A DNA stretch of 64,000 nt from Nitrospirota bacterium (GCA_963790205.1 CAWBNQ010000001.1:640001-704000), one strand, 5' to 3'; numbered from the stretch's first letter, positions 1-10,487 are shown. Notes: a model not told the origin generated them from the sequence alone. Made by a program: numbers and translations.

Positions 1-254
1 TTAATACGGAAATATTACTTATTTAGTCAATACTCTAAACCATCCGTATTGTTCTGTCAATATATTTAACAAAAAAATTGTGTAACAAAAGCAGTTATCT
101 ATTGTTTTTGCACGCAATATTGACGCGAAAATGTGTTAAAACTTTTTTGGAGACGTTTTTGTTGCTGATTTCTGAATGTACCCGAGAGAGGGTTGCATCA
201 GGCTTGCGGGGGGCAGCAGACGGCAAATTTCCTCGCCCGTTGAGAGAGGCACTT

Positions 255-836
255 TCACTTCCTCTTATACAGCCCGACCAACTCCGTTTGCGCGACAATA
301 TGCCCCTTCATTGCACGCTCCAGTGCCGCCTTGGTCGTGTCCGGTCCGATATTCAGGGTAGTGTCGAGGACATGCAACTTGAAGAAATAATGGTGGGTAC
401 CCGACGGAGGGCAGGGACCTCCATAGTCATGCTTTCTGAAGTCATTCATGCCCTGCTGAGCGGAAGAAGGGACAGATCCTTCTCTGATCTCCGCCGTTTT
501 CGGATCAATGTTCCAGAGGACCCAGTGGACCCAGGTGCCTGCCGGGGCGTCAGGATCGTCCATAATCAGCGCAAGTGATTTGGCTTCAGGCGGAATGTTT
601 TCTATGACAAGGGGAGGATTCACATCCGTGCCGTCGCAAGTATATTTTGTCGGTATCATCTGGTTATGCTTGAATGCAGGACTTGACAGTTTGAGCGTTC
701 CCATACCGGTCACCCCCGTACTCATGAATTGTGAAGCGAAAATAAGTGCGGCGCATATGACAATTCCCCTACGGGCCTTGTTTTGCGACAACGATATCGT
801 CCGAAGGCCGTTTTTTAAGGCATACCTCATCGCCAT
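255..836 (-). CDS. YbhB/YbcL family (PEBP / Raf kinase inhibitor-like) protein
   Basis: Motifs LIMDDPDAP, WVHWV, YGGPCPP, HHYFFKL; start codon uncertain. Confidence 0.9.
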   Translation of the reverse strand: MAMRYALKNGLRTISLSQNKARRGIVICAALIFASQFMSTGVTGMGTLKLSSPAFKHNQMIPTKYTCDGTDVNPPLVIENIPPEAKSLALIMDDPDAPAGTWVHWVLWNIDPKTAEIREGSVPSSAQQGMNDFRKHDYGGPCPPSGTHHYFFKLHVLDTTLNIGPDTTKAALERAMKGHIVAQTELVGLYKRK

Positions 837-941
837 GCCCTAATGATAGCACAGGCAGTAGGGAAGGTTTCTAGAACAGGTACAATTTTTTTACGGGGCA
901 GAATTACGAAGGAGAGCGAGAGCCGGAGCTTCCCGGGCGCT

Positions 942-1871
942 TCAGAGCTGTTCAATGATCGCGGCCGCGAGAAGGGGGAACATGATCTCGTGATGGCCGG
1001 TGATGGCATAGCCCCTGCCACCGCCCTGCGTGGGACGTCGTACCACGTTCGTGTTCGGCCGATAGTGCTGGACGAAGTCCATGTTCACCGTTGTGAAGTG
1101 CTGCAAGGGCTTGCCGAGGTTCCTGCAGAGGGTAACCGCTTTCAGGAAGATTTCGGGAAGAAGCACGGCGGACCCGAGGTTGATGTACACGCCGCCCTCA
1201 AGTTCCGATACGAGCGAGCAAAAGGTAAGGAAATCGCTCTGCGCAGCCGCTCCCGTGGCCTTGCCGTCGAAAGAGGGATGCATATGAATGATGTCCGTCC
1301 CGATCGCGACATGGACCGTCACCGGGACCCCCGTGCGGGATCCCGCGGCAAGCAGGCTCTTGTCCTTATGCGGGAAATCGCCCGCCTGTACCATTCTGCC
1401 GACAGCGGCGCCGATGCCTTCGCCGGCCGCCGCGGAGTTAATCGCCTCATTCAGCATGCTGCCCGTTTCCTCGGCCATGCCGAAGGCGCCCGAGAGAATT
1501 TCCTTGTCCACGTCTTCCGAAGTCCGGCCGATGAAGGCGAGCTCGAAATCGTGGATGATCCCTGCGCCGTTGAGGGCGAGGCTTGTGATAACGCCCCGCT
1601 CCATCAGATCGATGATGACGGGGTTCAGCCCTACTTTGATGGAGTGGGCGCCCATCCCGAGCATGACCGGCCGCCGGTCTTTCCGCGCCTGGACCACTGC
1701 GGCGGCGACTTCTTTCAGGCTTTTAGAAGCGAGGATATCCGGGAGTGATGAAAAAAAATCCCTGAACGCGCCACCCTTTGGGTGTGGTTTCGCAAAATCA
1801 TTGATCCGGACCTTGCTCTCCCTGCTTTTGAGCGAGTAGGTTTTTATCTTTGATGTATCGATCTTCTTCAT
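942..1871 (-). CDS. Deoxyhypusine-synthase-like conserved protein (GSU2086-like)
   Basis: GAHSIKVG, NGAGIIHDFE, VHVAIGTDIIHMHP, GSAVLLPEIFLKA, GHHEIM; ATG at 1871 directly after gmhA stop. Confidence 0.7.
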   Translation of the reverse strand: MKKIDTSKIKTYSLKSRESKVRINDFAKPHPKGGAFRDFFSSLPDILASKSLKEVAAAVVQARKDRRPVMLGMGAHSIKVGLNPVIIDLMERGVITSLALNGAGIIHDFELAFIGRTSEDVDKEILSGAFGMAEETGSMLNEAINSAAAGEGIGAAVGRMVQAGDFPHKDKSLLAAGSRTGVPVTVHVAIGTDIIHMHPSFDGKATGAAAQSDFLTFCSLVSELEGGVYINLGSAVLLPEIFLKAVTLCRNLGKPLQHFTTVNMDFVQHYRPNTNVVRRPTQGGGRGYAITGHHEIMFPLLAAAIIEQL

Positions 1872-1878
1872 AGCGGCA

Positions 1879-2457
1879 TCAGCGGGAGTTGCCGAACAGT
1901 TCTTCATCCACCATCTGGCAGATGGTATGGCCGAGCGTGATATGGGTTTCCTGGATGCGCGGCGTCTGCCTCGTGGAGACAATGAAGGTGTAGTCCGCCA
2001 TGTTCGCGAGCTTGCCGCCCGTGCCCCCCGTCAGAATAACGGTCTTGAGGCCGTTCTTTTTCGCAACCTCGACGGCTTTAATGACATTTGCGGAGTTGCC
2101 GCTCGTGCTGATGCCGATCGCCACGTCGCCCTCGTGGCCCAGGGCGGCAAGCTGCTTCGAAAAGACCTGCGAATAATCGTAGTCATTGCTGATGCTCGTG
2201 AGCACGGCAACATCGGTATTCAAAGCAATCGCCGGGAGGGGCGGACGCTCCATGAGAAAGCGGTTTACGAATTCCGCAGCGATGTGCGAAGCGTCGGTGG
2301 CGCTTCCGCCGTTGCCGAAGAGAAGGACCTTTTTGCCTTCGCGAAACGCCTGCGCGATCAGCTGTACCACCTCAACGATCTTCTCGGCGTTTTCCCTGGC
2401 AAACCTGACTTTTACCTGTGCGCTGTCCTCGAATATCTTGATAATCGTATTTTTCAT
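1879..2457 (-). CDS. gmhA: D-sedoheptulose 7-phosphate isomerase
   Basis: GNGGSATDASH, SNDY, ISTSGNS, RIQETH SIS-domain motifs. Confidence 0.95.
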   Translation of the reverse strand: MKNTIIKIFEDSAQVKVRFARENAEKIVEVVQLIAQAFREGKKVLLFGNGGSATDASHIAAEFVNRFLMERPPLPAIALNTDVAVLTSISNDYDYSQVFSKQLAALGHEGDVAIGISTSGNSANVIKAVEVAKKNGLKTVILTGGTGGKLANMADYTFIVSTRQTPRIQETHITLGHTICQMVDEELFGNSR

Positions 2458-2538
2458 ATCCTACTCTGCTTTTGAGACGATGATTATTATAGGATAAGAA
2501 GGCTAAATGTCAAGGCAAAAAGGGTATTGCAAAATAAG

Positions 2539-2672
2539 CCACAAGGCGCCAAGACACAAAACAACAGGGGGTTTAGGTCGAGAAAACTGATTAACCACAG
2601 AGGGCCGCGGATGGTAAAATCTTTAAGCCGTAGAATTATTCGTTGGCTTTATCCGCGCAAATTCCGCGTGGA
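2539..2672. repeat. Degenerate REP-like palindromic element
   Basis: aaccacagagggccgcggat...tccgcgcaaattccgcgtgg imperfect inverted repeat, intergenic. Confidence 0.4.
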
Positions 2673-2784
2673 GCAGTGGCTGAAAGATGGGATTTTCTTT
2701 TTTCTGTGATCAACGCGGTACAGCACTGCATGCCCGCAGTGTATCGGCGTTTTTGTTGTGCATTCACCTTTCGGCAGGTTTGCG

Positions 2785-3594
2785 TCAGGAGCCCAAAAAG
2801 TCAGCCAGCCGTCCGAACTCTTCAACCGATAACGTTTCCGCCCGGCGGCCGAGGTCAATACCCGTTTCGCTCAGAACCAGCTTCGTCTTTTCTCCGGGTA
2901 CCTCGAGCTGTTTGAGAGCGTTTTTAAGCGTCTTCCGGCGCTGGGAAAAAGCGGCCTTGACGACACGCATAAAAAAATTTTCATCTACGAGCGAAACAGC
3001 GGGATGCTTGCGGATCACAAGAGTGATAACCGCGGAATCCACCTCCGGCTGCGGCGTGAAGGCTTCCGGCGGCACCAGGAACTCGATCCTCGGCTCGGCA
3101 TACAGCTGCACAAGCACGGAGAGATATCCATAATCCTTGTTGCCCGGCGGTGAAGCGATCCGGACCGCGACTTCCTTCTGGAGCATGAGGGTAAGGCTGA
3201 CGAACTTATCGCGATGGGCAATGAGCTTTTGCACGATAGGCGTGGAAATATAATAGGGCAGGTTGGCAACGACCTTCCATCTGCCGGGCAGAGACCCATA
3301 GGCATACTCGAGCGCATCGGCATGAAGGATCTCGATATTCTGAACAGCGCCGAATTCCCGCTGCAAAAGCGGAATAAGCCGTTCATCGAGCTCGAGGGCA
3401 AGAACTTTTTTTGCCCGCTTTACCAGAACGCCGGTAAGGTGCCCAAGCCCCGGACCGATCTCGAGCACCCGGTCCTCGGGCCCCGCCTGCGCCGCGTCAG
3501 CGATCTTCTTAAGGTAGTGAGGGTCCCTGAGAAAATTCTGGCCCAGCGATTTTTTTGCGCGGATGTTATTGTCCATATATTCAAGCTTTGCCAT
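2785..3594 (-). CDS. rsmA: 16S rRNA adenine dimethyltransferase
   Basis: KKSLGQNFL, EIGPGLG, VANLPYYIST, QRRKTL, RRAETLS; start at 3594 or 3576. Confidence 0.95.
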   Translation of the reverse strand: MAKLEYMDNNIRAKKSLGQNFLRDPHYLKKIADAAQAGPEDRVLEIGPGLGHLTGVLVKRAKKVLALELDERLIPLLQREFGAVQNIEILHADALEYAYGSLPGRWKVVANLPYYISTPIVQKLIAHRDKFVSLTLMLQKEVAVRIASPPGNKDYGYLSVLVQLYAEPRIEFLVPPEAFTPQPEVDSAVITLVIRKHPAVSLVDENFFMRVVKAAFSQRRKTLKNALKQLEVPGEKTKLVLSETGIDLGRRAETLSVEEFGRLADFLGS

Positions 3595-3710
3595 GGATGA
3601 TCGAGAAGATCGAAGGCTAAGGCTGAGACCGGGAAGGAGAAGCCCTGACCTCAACCCTCACCATTCATTCTCGTCTATCCGCCTGTATCTGCGGCCAAAG
3701 AGTTCTGCCC

Positions 3711-4547
3711 CTATACCTGCATTCGCGGGTCGAGCTTGTCCCGCAAAAAATCGCCGAGGATGTTGAAGCTTATCACGGTAATGCTGATGGCGAGGCCGGG
3801 GACAAGCACCATCCAGGGGGCCGAGTTGATGTAGGCCCGGTTCTGGCTGATCATCGAGCCCCAGGTGGGGGTGGGCGGCTGCACCCCGAGACCGAGGAAG
3901 GAGAGGGCGGCTTCGAGCAGGATGAACCCGCCGACGCGCAGGCTGCCGGCAACGAGGAGGAGCGGAAGCGCGTTCGGCAGAATATGTTTGTTCAGTATTC
4001 GTGAAGAAGTGGCCCCGAGGGCCCGCGACGCTTCCACGTAGGTCTGCTCCTTGAGAGAAAGCGTGATGCCGCGCACGAGCCGCGCAAATCCCGCCCAACC
4101 CACCAGCGTAATCGCGAGCATGGCCGACGCGAGCCCGGCCGGCATGACCGCGCCGATACCGATCGCCAAAAGCAGGCTCGGGAAGGCGAGGAAGACGTCG
4201 AAGACCTGTGAGAGGACGGTGTCCGTCGTGCCGCCGAAGTAGCCCGCAAGCAGTCCGAAAAAAACGCCGATTGCAAGAGACAGCGCCGAGGCAATGATCC
4301 CGACGGAAAGAGATATGCGCGCACCGGAGATGACGCGCGAAAGAATGTCCCTGCCCTTGCTGTCCGTGCCGAGAAGGTGCACCCTGCCCGGGGGCTGTCT
4401 CAGGCTGTCGAGATCCATAGCATTGGGTTTATAGGGAACAAGAAAGGGCCCGAAAAGAGCCGTCAACACGAGAAAGACGAGCACAACGGCAGCGATGAGC
4501 GCAGGCGTGTTGCCCGTCAGGTCTTTGAGCGACAGAGAGTCAAACAT
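3711..4547 (-). CDS. dppC: Peptide/nickel ABC transporter permease (DppC/OppC type)
   Basis: LLGTDSKGRD, YVEASRALGA, HILPN, LSFLGLG, PTWG. Confidence 0.9.
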   Translation of the reverse strand: MFDSLSLKDLTGNTPALIAAVVLVFLVLTALFGPFLVPYKPNAMDLDSLRQPPGRVHLLGTDSKGRDILSRVISGARISLSVGIIASALSLAIGVFFGLLAGYFGGTTDTVLSQVFDVFLAFPSLLLAIGIGAVMPAGLASAMLAITLVGWAGFARLVRGITLSLKEQTYVEASRALGATSSRILNKHILPNALPLLLVAGSLRVGGFILLEAALSFLGLGVQPPTPTWGSMISQNRAYINSAPWMVLVPGLAISITVISFNILGDFLRDKLDPRMQV

Positions 4548-4626
4548 GCGTATGGTGTAACATATCGAGGTTATTTGAGCAAGAAAAAAAAGGGGCGTAC
4601 GCGCGCGAGCGAACGGCGCGTAAAAA

Positions 4627-6870
4627 TCAGTCGTCTAAAACAGCTCTGACCTTGTGAAGCAGATCGTTCGCCGACATGGGCTTTTGGATGAGGCTGATGC
4701 CGCTTCCGATCATCCCCTTGGTATGAAGATAGTCCTCAGCGTACCCGCTGGTGAACAGGATTTTTATATCAGGCTTGAACCGCCTGACCTCCTCAATCAC
4801 GGCTCTGGCGTTCTTTTTCGGCATGACAACATCAAGAATGAGGAGCCCGATACCGTCTTTCGCTTTCATAAACCGATCAACGGCCTCCTCACCGTCCGTC
4901 GCTACAATAACCGTATAGCCGGCCTCCTCGAGTCCGGATCGCGTGAGTTCCCGTACGATTTCGTTGTCCTCGGCGAGCAGCACCGTTTCCTTGCCGCCTG
5001 CCGGGATGATGACCTGCTCCTCCGGACGAGTCCGGTCGCCGGACTGCCGGCGCACCAACGGCAGGTAGATCTTGACCATTGTGCCGGCGCCCATCTCGCT
5101 GTAAACGTCAATAAGGCCCTCATGCTGCTGGATGATGCCGTAAACCATGGCGAGGCCGAGCCCGGTCCCTTTCCCGGCTTCCTTCGTGGTGAAGAACGGC
5201 TCGAAAATCTTTTCCTTCGTGGCGCCGTCCATGCCCGTTCCCGTGTCCGTCACGGTCATCAGCGCATAGGCCCCCGGCTTGCTCCAGGGATTTCTCTGCG
5301 CGAAGGCCTCGTCGAGCAGCGCCGTCCTTGTCGCGATGATAATGCACCCCCCGTCGGGCATCGCGTCCCTCGCGTTGGTTGCCAGGTTCAACAATACCTG
5401 CTCCATCTGTCCGCTGTCCGCCATGACAATAAGCGGCCCGTTGTGAAGCTCGGTCTTTAGTTCCACGTCTTCGCCGACCAGCCGCAGCAGGGTTTTCTCC
5501 GCGGTGATGACGATCTCGTTCAGGTCCACTGCCACGGGGTCGATGGCCCGCCTCTTGCTGAAGGTAAGAAGATTGCGGGTCATGTTCGCGGCCTGTTTCG
5601 AAGTGGCGACGATCCGGTCCGCGTACACTCGCAGGGGATCGTCTTTCTGCAGTTTCTTCTGGTATATGCCCGCATAACCGATGATCGCAGTCAGAAAATT
5701 GTTGAAATCGTGGGCGATGCCGCCGGCCAGCTGCCCCACCGCCTCCATCTTCTGAGACTGGAGAAGCTGTCGCTGGACCTTGTTCAGCTCCGAGGTGCGT
5801 TCCTCGACCGCCCGCTCAAGATTGCCGGTATATTGTGCGACGCCGTCCCGCCGCGTTTTCAGCTGCTTGCGCATGTTGTTGAAATGCCCGGCAAGGTCGG
5901 TCAGCTCGTCCCTTCCCGCTACAATGAGCTCATCGTCCAGCTCTCCCCGCGCGACCTTGCCGGTAAACAGGGTGATCTCGTTCAGCGGTTCAACAAGGGT
6001 CTTGATAAAAAGCTTTGCCATGATGAAAGAGAAAAAGCCTGCGAGACCGAGCATGCCGAACATGTAAAACCGGAGCTTGGCGGTGGAGGCATTCAGGACT
6101 TCATCGGAAAGGGCGACGACGATCATGCCGAGCGGTTCGCCGTTGATGCCGGTCAATGCCCGCTCGAGCACGGAATAAGTAACGCCATTTGCGCTCAGCT
6201 TTCCCTTCCGCGGTGAGTAGGGAGACGCCGCCGCCGTGGACTCTACACTGATCCTATTGCGGGTGTCTACCAGGAAGAGTTCGTTGCCGCTTATCTCTTT
6301 AAGCTCATTAAGGTAGGCCTCATCAACATACCTTCCGACTGCGATGTACCCCACCGTACCGTTCGTTACCCTGAGCGGGGACACGGCCACGATCTTGAGG
6401 ACATTGGAAGTCCCGCTGAATCCGTACATCACCTTCGTGGGAAGAACACCGCTGATGCCGGTTATGGTGTCCTCATTCCGGTCATTCGCGGCCACGCTGT
6501 CAAGGCTGAGCACTCTTCTGCCCCGGGAGTCGTATAAATCCAGGTCATTGATGCCGAGGGAAGTAGTCAGCGGCTTCAGCAATGCCCTAAGGGGCTCCCG
6601 GTCTCCTCCGAGCACCGTGGAGATATAAAGATATTCCTTCAAGGTCCTGTCGGTCTGGAAAAGATTTGCCAGCTTCATCATCTCTTTTCCGGTCATTCTC
6701 AGTCCGCTTTCCGTAAGCTGGGCCGTTCGCAAGAGCCGCTCCCGGTGCTCATCCTTGAGGCCCCTGGCCGAGACATTATAGATGATCAGCAGGCCGATCG
6801 CCATGAGCGCAAACAGGGGGACGAAGAGGGCCTGGACCTTCTTGCCGTATTTCAGCTTACGCATTGGCAT
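4627..6870 (-). CDS. Hybrid sensor histidine kinase (periplasmic sensor, HAMP, HisKA, HATPase, REC)
   Basis: Two TM segments, QKMEAVGQLAGGIAHDFNN H-box, NARDAMP, FEPFFTTK, GTGLGL, C-terminal receiver LDVVMP. Confidence 0.92.
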   Translation of the reverse strand: MPMRKLKYGKKVQALFVPLFALMAIGLLIIYNVSARGLKDEHRERLLRTAQLTESGLRMTGKEMMKLANLFQTDRTLKEYLYISTVLGGDREPLRALLKPLTTSLGINDLDLYDSRGRRVLSLDSVAANDRNEDTITGISGVLPTKVMYGFSGTSNVLKIVAVSPLRVTNGTVGYIAVGRYVDEAYLNELKEISGNELFLVDTRNRISVESTAAASPYSPRKGKLSANGVTYSVLERALTGINGEPLGMIVVALSDEVLNASTAKLRFYMFGMLGLAGFFSFIMAKLFIKTLVEPLNEITLFTGKVARGELDDELIVAGRDELTDLAGHFNNMRKQLKTRRDGVAQYTGNLERAVEERTSELNKVQRQLLQSQKMEAVGQLAGGIAHDFNNFLTAIIGYAGIYQKKLQKDDPLRVYADRIVATSKQAANMTRNLLTFSKRRAIDPVAVDLNEIVITAEKTLLRLVGEDVELKTELHNGPLIVMADSGQMEQVLLNLATNARDAMPDGGCIIIATRTALLDEAFAQRNPWSKPGAYALMTVTDTGTGMDGATKEKIFEPFFTTKEAGKGTGLGLAMVYGIIQQHEGLIDVYSEMGAGTMVKIYLPLVRRQSGDRTRPEEQVIIPAGGKETVLLAEDNEIVRELTRSGLEEAGYTVIVATDGEEAVDRFMKAKDGIGLLILDVVMPKKNARAVIEEVRRFKPDIKILFTSGYAEDYLHTKGMIGSGISLIQKPMSANDLLHKVRAVLDD

Positions 6871-6872
6871 GT

Positions 6873-7070
6873 TTACCGTATCGGGACCGCCCCGTATTTT
6901 TTCATGGTTTCCTTGACTTCCGGGCTCGGGCGTATGTAGTCGATGAACGTGACCACCTTGCCCTCGGCCTCGCCTTTTGTCGTGACGGCGAGAGGAGCAA
7001 ACAAAGGATACAGCCTTTTTTCCATTTTTTCACTGATGGGCAGATAACCGTCAAAGGCCGTCTTTCTCAT
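6873..7070 (-). pseudogene. C-terminal remnant of a PstS-like periplasmic binding protein
   Basis: YPLFAPLAVTTKGEAEGKVVTFIDYI..PEVKETMKKYGAVP resembles PBP2/PstS C-termini; only 65 aa. Confidence 0.5.
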
Positions 7071-7438
7071 CTTTTCTTCCTATCGGGTGAATTCTGGAGT
7101 AGCGCTAACCCCGCAGCTGCTGCGGGGAGCTTCAATTGCCGGTAAAAAAAAGGAACACGATGGCAGTTACGTTCACTATCGGTCATGAGCAGACAATATT
7201 CGTTCCGCGAATCAATATTATCACTCAATACAAGTGTTTTGACAACGTAAAGTTTTAATTTGAGAAAGCTCGATCTTTAGTACCGGCCGCGCGCGGAAGG
7301 TTGTAGGTCCGTGAAATACATTCCTCGCGGGACAAGACGGGCATGCTGAGCGTTTTTGATCGTATGATGCAGCCACAGAGGAGAAAAAGAATGCGGTAAA
7401 AAAGCTGCGAGGACCGGGCGAGGTGCTGAAAAAGAGGA

Positions 7439-8374
7439 TCAGCCTTCCTTTCGTATTCTTACCCGCGGATCGATAAAATGATAAGAAATATCCACGAGAA
7501 GGTTGAGAGAGACAAAAACCACCGCCCCGAAGAGGACCACTCCCATGATCACGGGATAGTCGCGCTTCATGATGCCTTCGAGCGCGTAGCGGCCGAGACC
7601 GTCCCAGCCGAAGATGGTTTCCGTAAGCACGGCCCCGTTCAAATAGGAACCGAGGTCCAGGCCGATGAGCGTGATAACGGGGATGAGAGAGTTTTTAAGC
7701 GCATGCTTGAGCACTACTTCGCTTTCGGACAGGCCCTTGGCCCGCGCTGTTGCCACGTAAGGCTGCGAGAGCGACTCAAGCATGGATGAGCGCGTTACGC
7801 GGGCGATATAGGAAAGCGAGAAGGTCGCAAGCGTCGCTGCCGGCAGGATGATGTAGCTGAGGTCGCCGCTACCCATTCCCGACGGCGGGAGCCACCGGAG
7901 GTAGAAGGCAAATAAAAGCATAAGCGCAAGGCCGAGCCAGAAAACAGGCATGGAGATGCCGCCCACGGTAAGGAGCGTCACCAGCCGGTCCCAGCCCGTG
8001 CCGTGCTTCACCGCCGCAAACACGCCTAGGCCGATGCCGAGGATCGAGGCAAAGAACATGGCCGCGAGAGCGAGCTTGACGGTGTTCGGAAATTTTTGCA
8101 ACAGATCGTCGGATATCTTGCGGTTGGTAAAGAGTGAGCGGCCAAGCTCTCCCCGGGAAAGGCGCTTGAGATACAGGAGATACTGGATTGGCGCGGATTT
8201 ATCAATCCCGATTTCCGCGCGGATACGCGCCACGGTCTCGGGTGTGGCCCGTTCACCGACCATGTTTGCCACCGGGTCGCCGGGCAGCGATCGCATCAGA
8301 AAAAAAGTAATGAGCGTGATGCCGAGAAGAGTGGGGATAAAGAGAAGGACTCTTTTCAGAATGTAAAGCGCCAT
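7439..8374 (-). CDS. dppB: Peptide/nickel ABC transporter permease (DppB/OppB type)
   Basis: LPGDP, GELGRS, YVATARAKGL, ETIFGWDGLG, RDYPVI, DPRVR. Confidence 0.9.
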   Translation of the reverse strand: MALYILKRVLLFIPTLLGITLITFFLMRSLPGDPVANMVGERATPETVARIRAEIGIDKSAPIQYLLYLKRLSRGELGRSLFTNRKISDDLLQKFPNTVKLALAAMFFASILGIGLGVFAAVKHGTGWDRLVTLLTVGGISMPVFWLGLALMLLFAFYLRWLPPSGMGSGDLSYIILPAATLATFSLSYIARVTRSSMLESLSQPYVATARAKGLSESEVVLKHALKNSLIPVITLIGLDLGSYLNGAVLTETIFGWDGLGRYALEGIMKRDYPVIMGVVLFGAVVFVSLNLLVDISYHFIDPRVRIRKEG

Positions 8375-8628
8375 GATTGGGATAATCTTACACAATCGGC
8401 AATAAAACCGCAATGGGGAACATGAAGCAAGAACGCAGGCCGTCTTTCGTAATGTTGTGCGTCCAACGCTTCTTTACGTAAGCGGTCGCCCTGAACAAAG
8501 TGAAGGGTCTTGCGACGGTCAGGAAATGCGAGATTCCTCACCTGCTCAGAATGACCACCTGTGTAAAAAAATTCAGGACGCACTACGCTCGTAAGCCCGC
8601 ATCTCATATTTCGAAATCCGCATTAACA

Positions 8629-9459
8629 TCACTTCGCGTTCGGGATAAATAAAGCATTGCCGTGCTTATCTTTATACGCGGCAACTGCATCCTGCCCTTC
8701 CCTGGAGATAATCCAGTTCACAAACTCCATCGCCTCCTTGTATTTCACGGTCCTGAATTTTTCCGGGTTCACGGCCATGACGCCGTACTGGTTGAAGAGC
8801 ACGGGATCTCCCTCGAGGACGATGACCATGTCGAGCTTGTCGTAGTCTTTCGTTGCAAGCCACGTTCCCCGGTCCGTGAGCGTGTAGGCCCGCTTCTCGT
8901 TTGCTATCCGCTGCGTCTTCTCCATGCCCTGGCCCGCATCGAGGTACCACGTTCGGCCTTTTGGATCGATTCCCGTTTTCTTCCAGATCGCGAGTTCCTT
9001 GGTGTTCGTGCCCGACTTGTCGCCGCGGGAGACAAAGGGCGAGCCCGATTCGGCGATTTTCCTGAACGCATCGGTCGCGGATTTCATGCCCTCGATCTTC
9101 GCCGGGTCGTTCGCCGGGCCGATGATGACGAAGTCGTTGTACATCACGTCGTGGCGGTTCACGAAGAAGCCTTCTTCCACAGCCTTCAGCTCCTGCTCTT
9201 TGGCATGGACGAAGACCACGTCGGCATCGCCGCGTTTCCCGATCTCGATGGCAGCGCCGGTCCCTACGGCGACGACGTCGATGTGGATGCCGGTCTTCTT
9301 CTCGAACAGCGGCAGGATGTAGTCGAACAGGCCTGAATTCTGCGTGCTCGTCGTGGACGCGCAGCGGATGCGGGTTTCGGCGGAAACAGGTGCAGCGTTT
9401 ACCGAGAAGAAGACACTAACCGTGATCAATGCCGCGAACATTTTTTTAAACGATTTCAT
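8629..9459 (-). CDS. tupA: Tungstate ABC transporter substrate-binding protein
   Basis: Signal peptide; TTS motif (STTSTQNSGL), VGTGAA, MYNDF, SRGDKSGT, DRGTW, NQYG. Confidence 0.9.
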   Translation of the reverse strand: MKSFKKMFAALITVSVFFSVNAAPVSAETRIRCASTTSTQNSGLFDYILPLFEKKTGIHIDVVAVGTGAAIEIGKRGDADVVFVHAKEQELKAVEEGFFVNRHDVMYNDFVIIGPANDPAKIEGMKSATDAFRKIAESGSPFVSRGDKSGTNTKELAIWKKTGIDPKGRTWYLDAGQGMEKTQRIANEKRAYTLTDRGTWLATKDYDKLDMVIVLEGDPVLFNQYGVMAVNPEKFRTVKYKEAMEFVNWIISREGQDAVAAYKDKHGNALFIPNAK

Positions 9460-9545
9460 AATGGTATCCTCTCTATAGTAATATATTTTGCGACTGCTCC
9501 CGGCTCTCTCCTCGAAGATGGAGGGCGGGAGCGTGATCCGAAGCG

Positions 9546-10331
9546 CTACTTTCTTTTTTTATTAATTTGCGACGGCACGGCATCGGGTGTGAACAAACGA
9601 GCCCCGTGCTTTATATACTTAGCTATGACTCCCTGGCCTTCAGGCGAGGTTATATAGGCGACAAAATCCATAGCCTCCCGGTAGCGCGCATCGGGAAACC
9701 GTTCGGGATTTACTGCAATGACGCTGTACTGGTTCCGGAGCGCCGGGTCGTCCTGGACAACAATTCTTAAATCGATCTTCGCTTCATAGTTCAGATAAGT
9801 GCCGATATCGGTGAGCGTGTAGGCCTTCTTCTGGCTTGCGATGAGAAGGGTATCGCCCATTTTGCCGCCGGTCTCGAAATACCATCCCTTGCCTTTGGGG
9901 CTGATGCCGGTATCGTCCCAAATGTCCAGCTCCTTCGCGTTTGTGCCCGAGTCATCGCCCCGCGACACGAAGGGCGCGCCTTTTTCCCCGATCAGCTCGA
10001 AGGCGTCTATGGCGCTCAGGCGGCCTCTGATGCGGGCCGGATCGCTTTTCGGTCCAAGGATGACAAAGTCATTGTGCATGACTTCCCGTCGGTTCACGCC
10101 GTACCCTTCTGCAACGAATTTCTCCTCCCGGAAAGGATCATGAACAAAGAGCAGATCGGCCTCGCCCTTCTTGGCGATGCGAAGGGCCTTCCCCGTGCCA
10201 ACGGCGATCACCTCTACCGTCACGCCGTATTGCGTCGCTTTCTCGTAGGCGGGTATAAGGATGTCGAAAAGACCGGAGTTCTGGGTGCTGGTGGTTGATG
10301 CAATGACGAGCTTGACGGTTTTTTTCTTCAT
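9546..10331 (-). CDS. tupA: TupA-like tungstate-binding paralogue lacking a signal peptide
   Basis: STTSTQNSGL at residue ~12, VGTGKA, SRGDDSGT; GGAGG RBS before ATG at 10331. Confidence 0.8.
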   Translation of the reverse strand: MKKKTVKLVIASTTSTQNSGLFDILIPAYEKATQYGVTVEVIAVGTGKALRIAKKGEADLLFVHDPFREEKFVAEGYGVNRREVMHNDFVILGPKSDPARIRGRLSAIDAFELIGEKGAPFVSRGDDSGTNAKELDIWDDTGISPKGKGWYFETGGKMGDTLLIASQKKAYTLTDIGTYLNYEAKIDLRIVVQDDPALRNQYSVIAVNPERFPDARYREAMDFVAYITSPEGQGVIAKYIKHGARLFTPDAVPSQINKKRK

Positions 10332-10390
10332 AGCGTCCGCCTCCTTTGCCGGGATGCCCTCATTGTAGGGGCGGCACCGCAAAAAGTAAA

Positions 10391-10427
10391 ATGCATTAAA
10401 ATCATATGACGTATGAATTTTGAGAAT
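10391..10427. promoter_or_regulatory. Putative LysR-type operator pair (ATG-N9-CAT)
   Basis: ATGCATTAAAATCAT at 10391-10405 and ATGAATTTTGAGAAT at 10413-10427, upstream of tupA. Confidence 0.5.
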
Positions 10428-10487
10428 GCACGCGGGTCCGCGACAACGCAACATCACGGTGCGCGCAGGCAATACGTTCGATGGATA

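Noticed and set aside
170..255. Possible c-di-GMP riboswitch (GGCAAA motif)
   Set aside because: Could not find the GNRA/receptor second stem or a suitably oriented downstream gene
8400..8625. Possible Moco/Tuco riboswitch near the tup/mod genes
   Set aside because: Lies downstream of tupA and shows no recognisable conserved stems; a cmscan against Rfam would be needed
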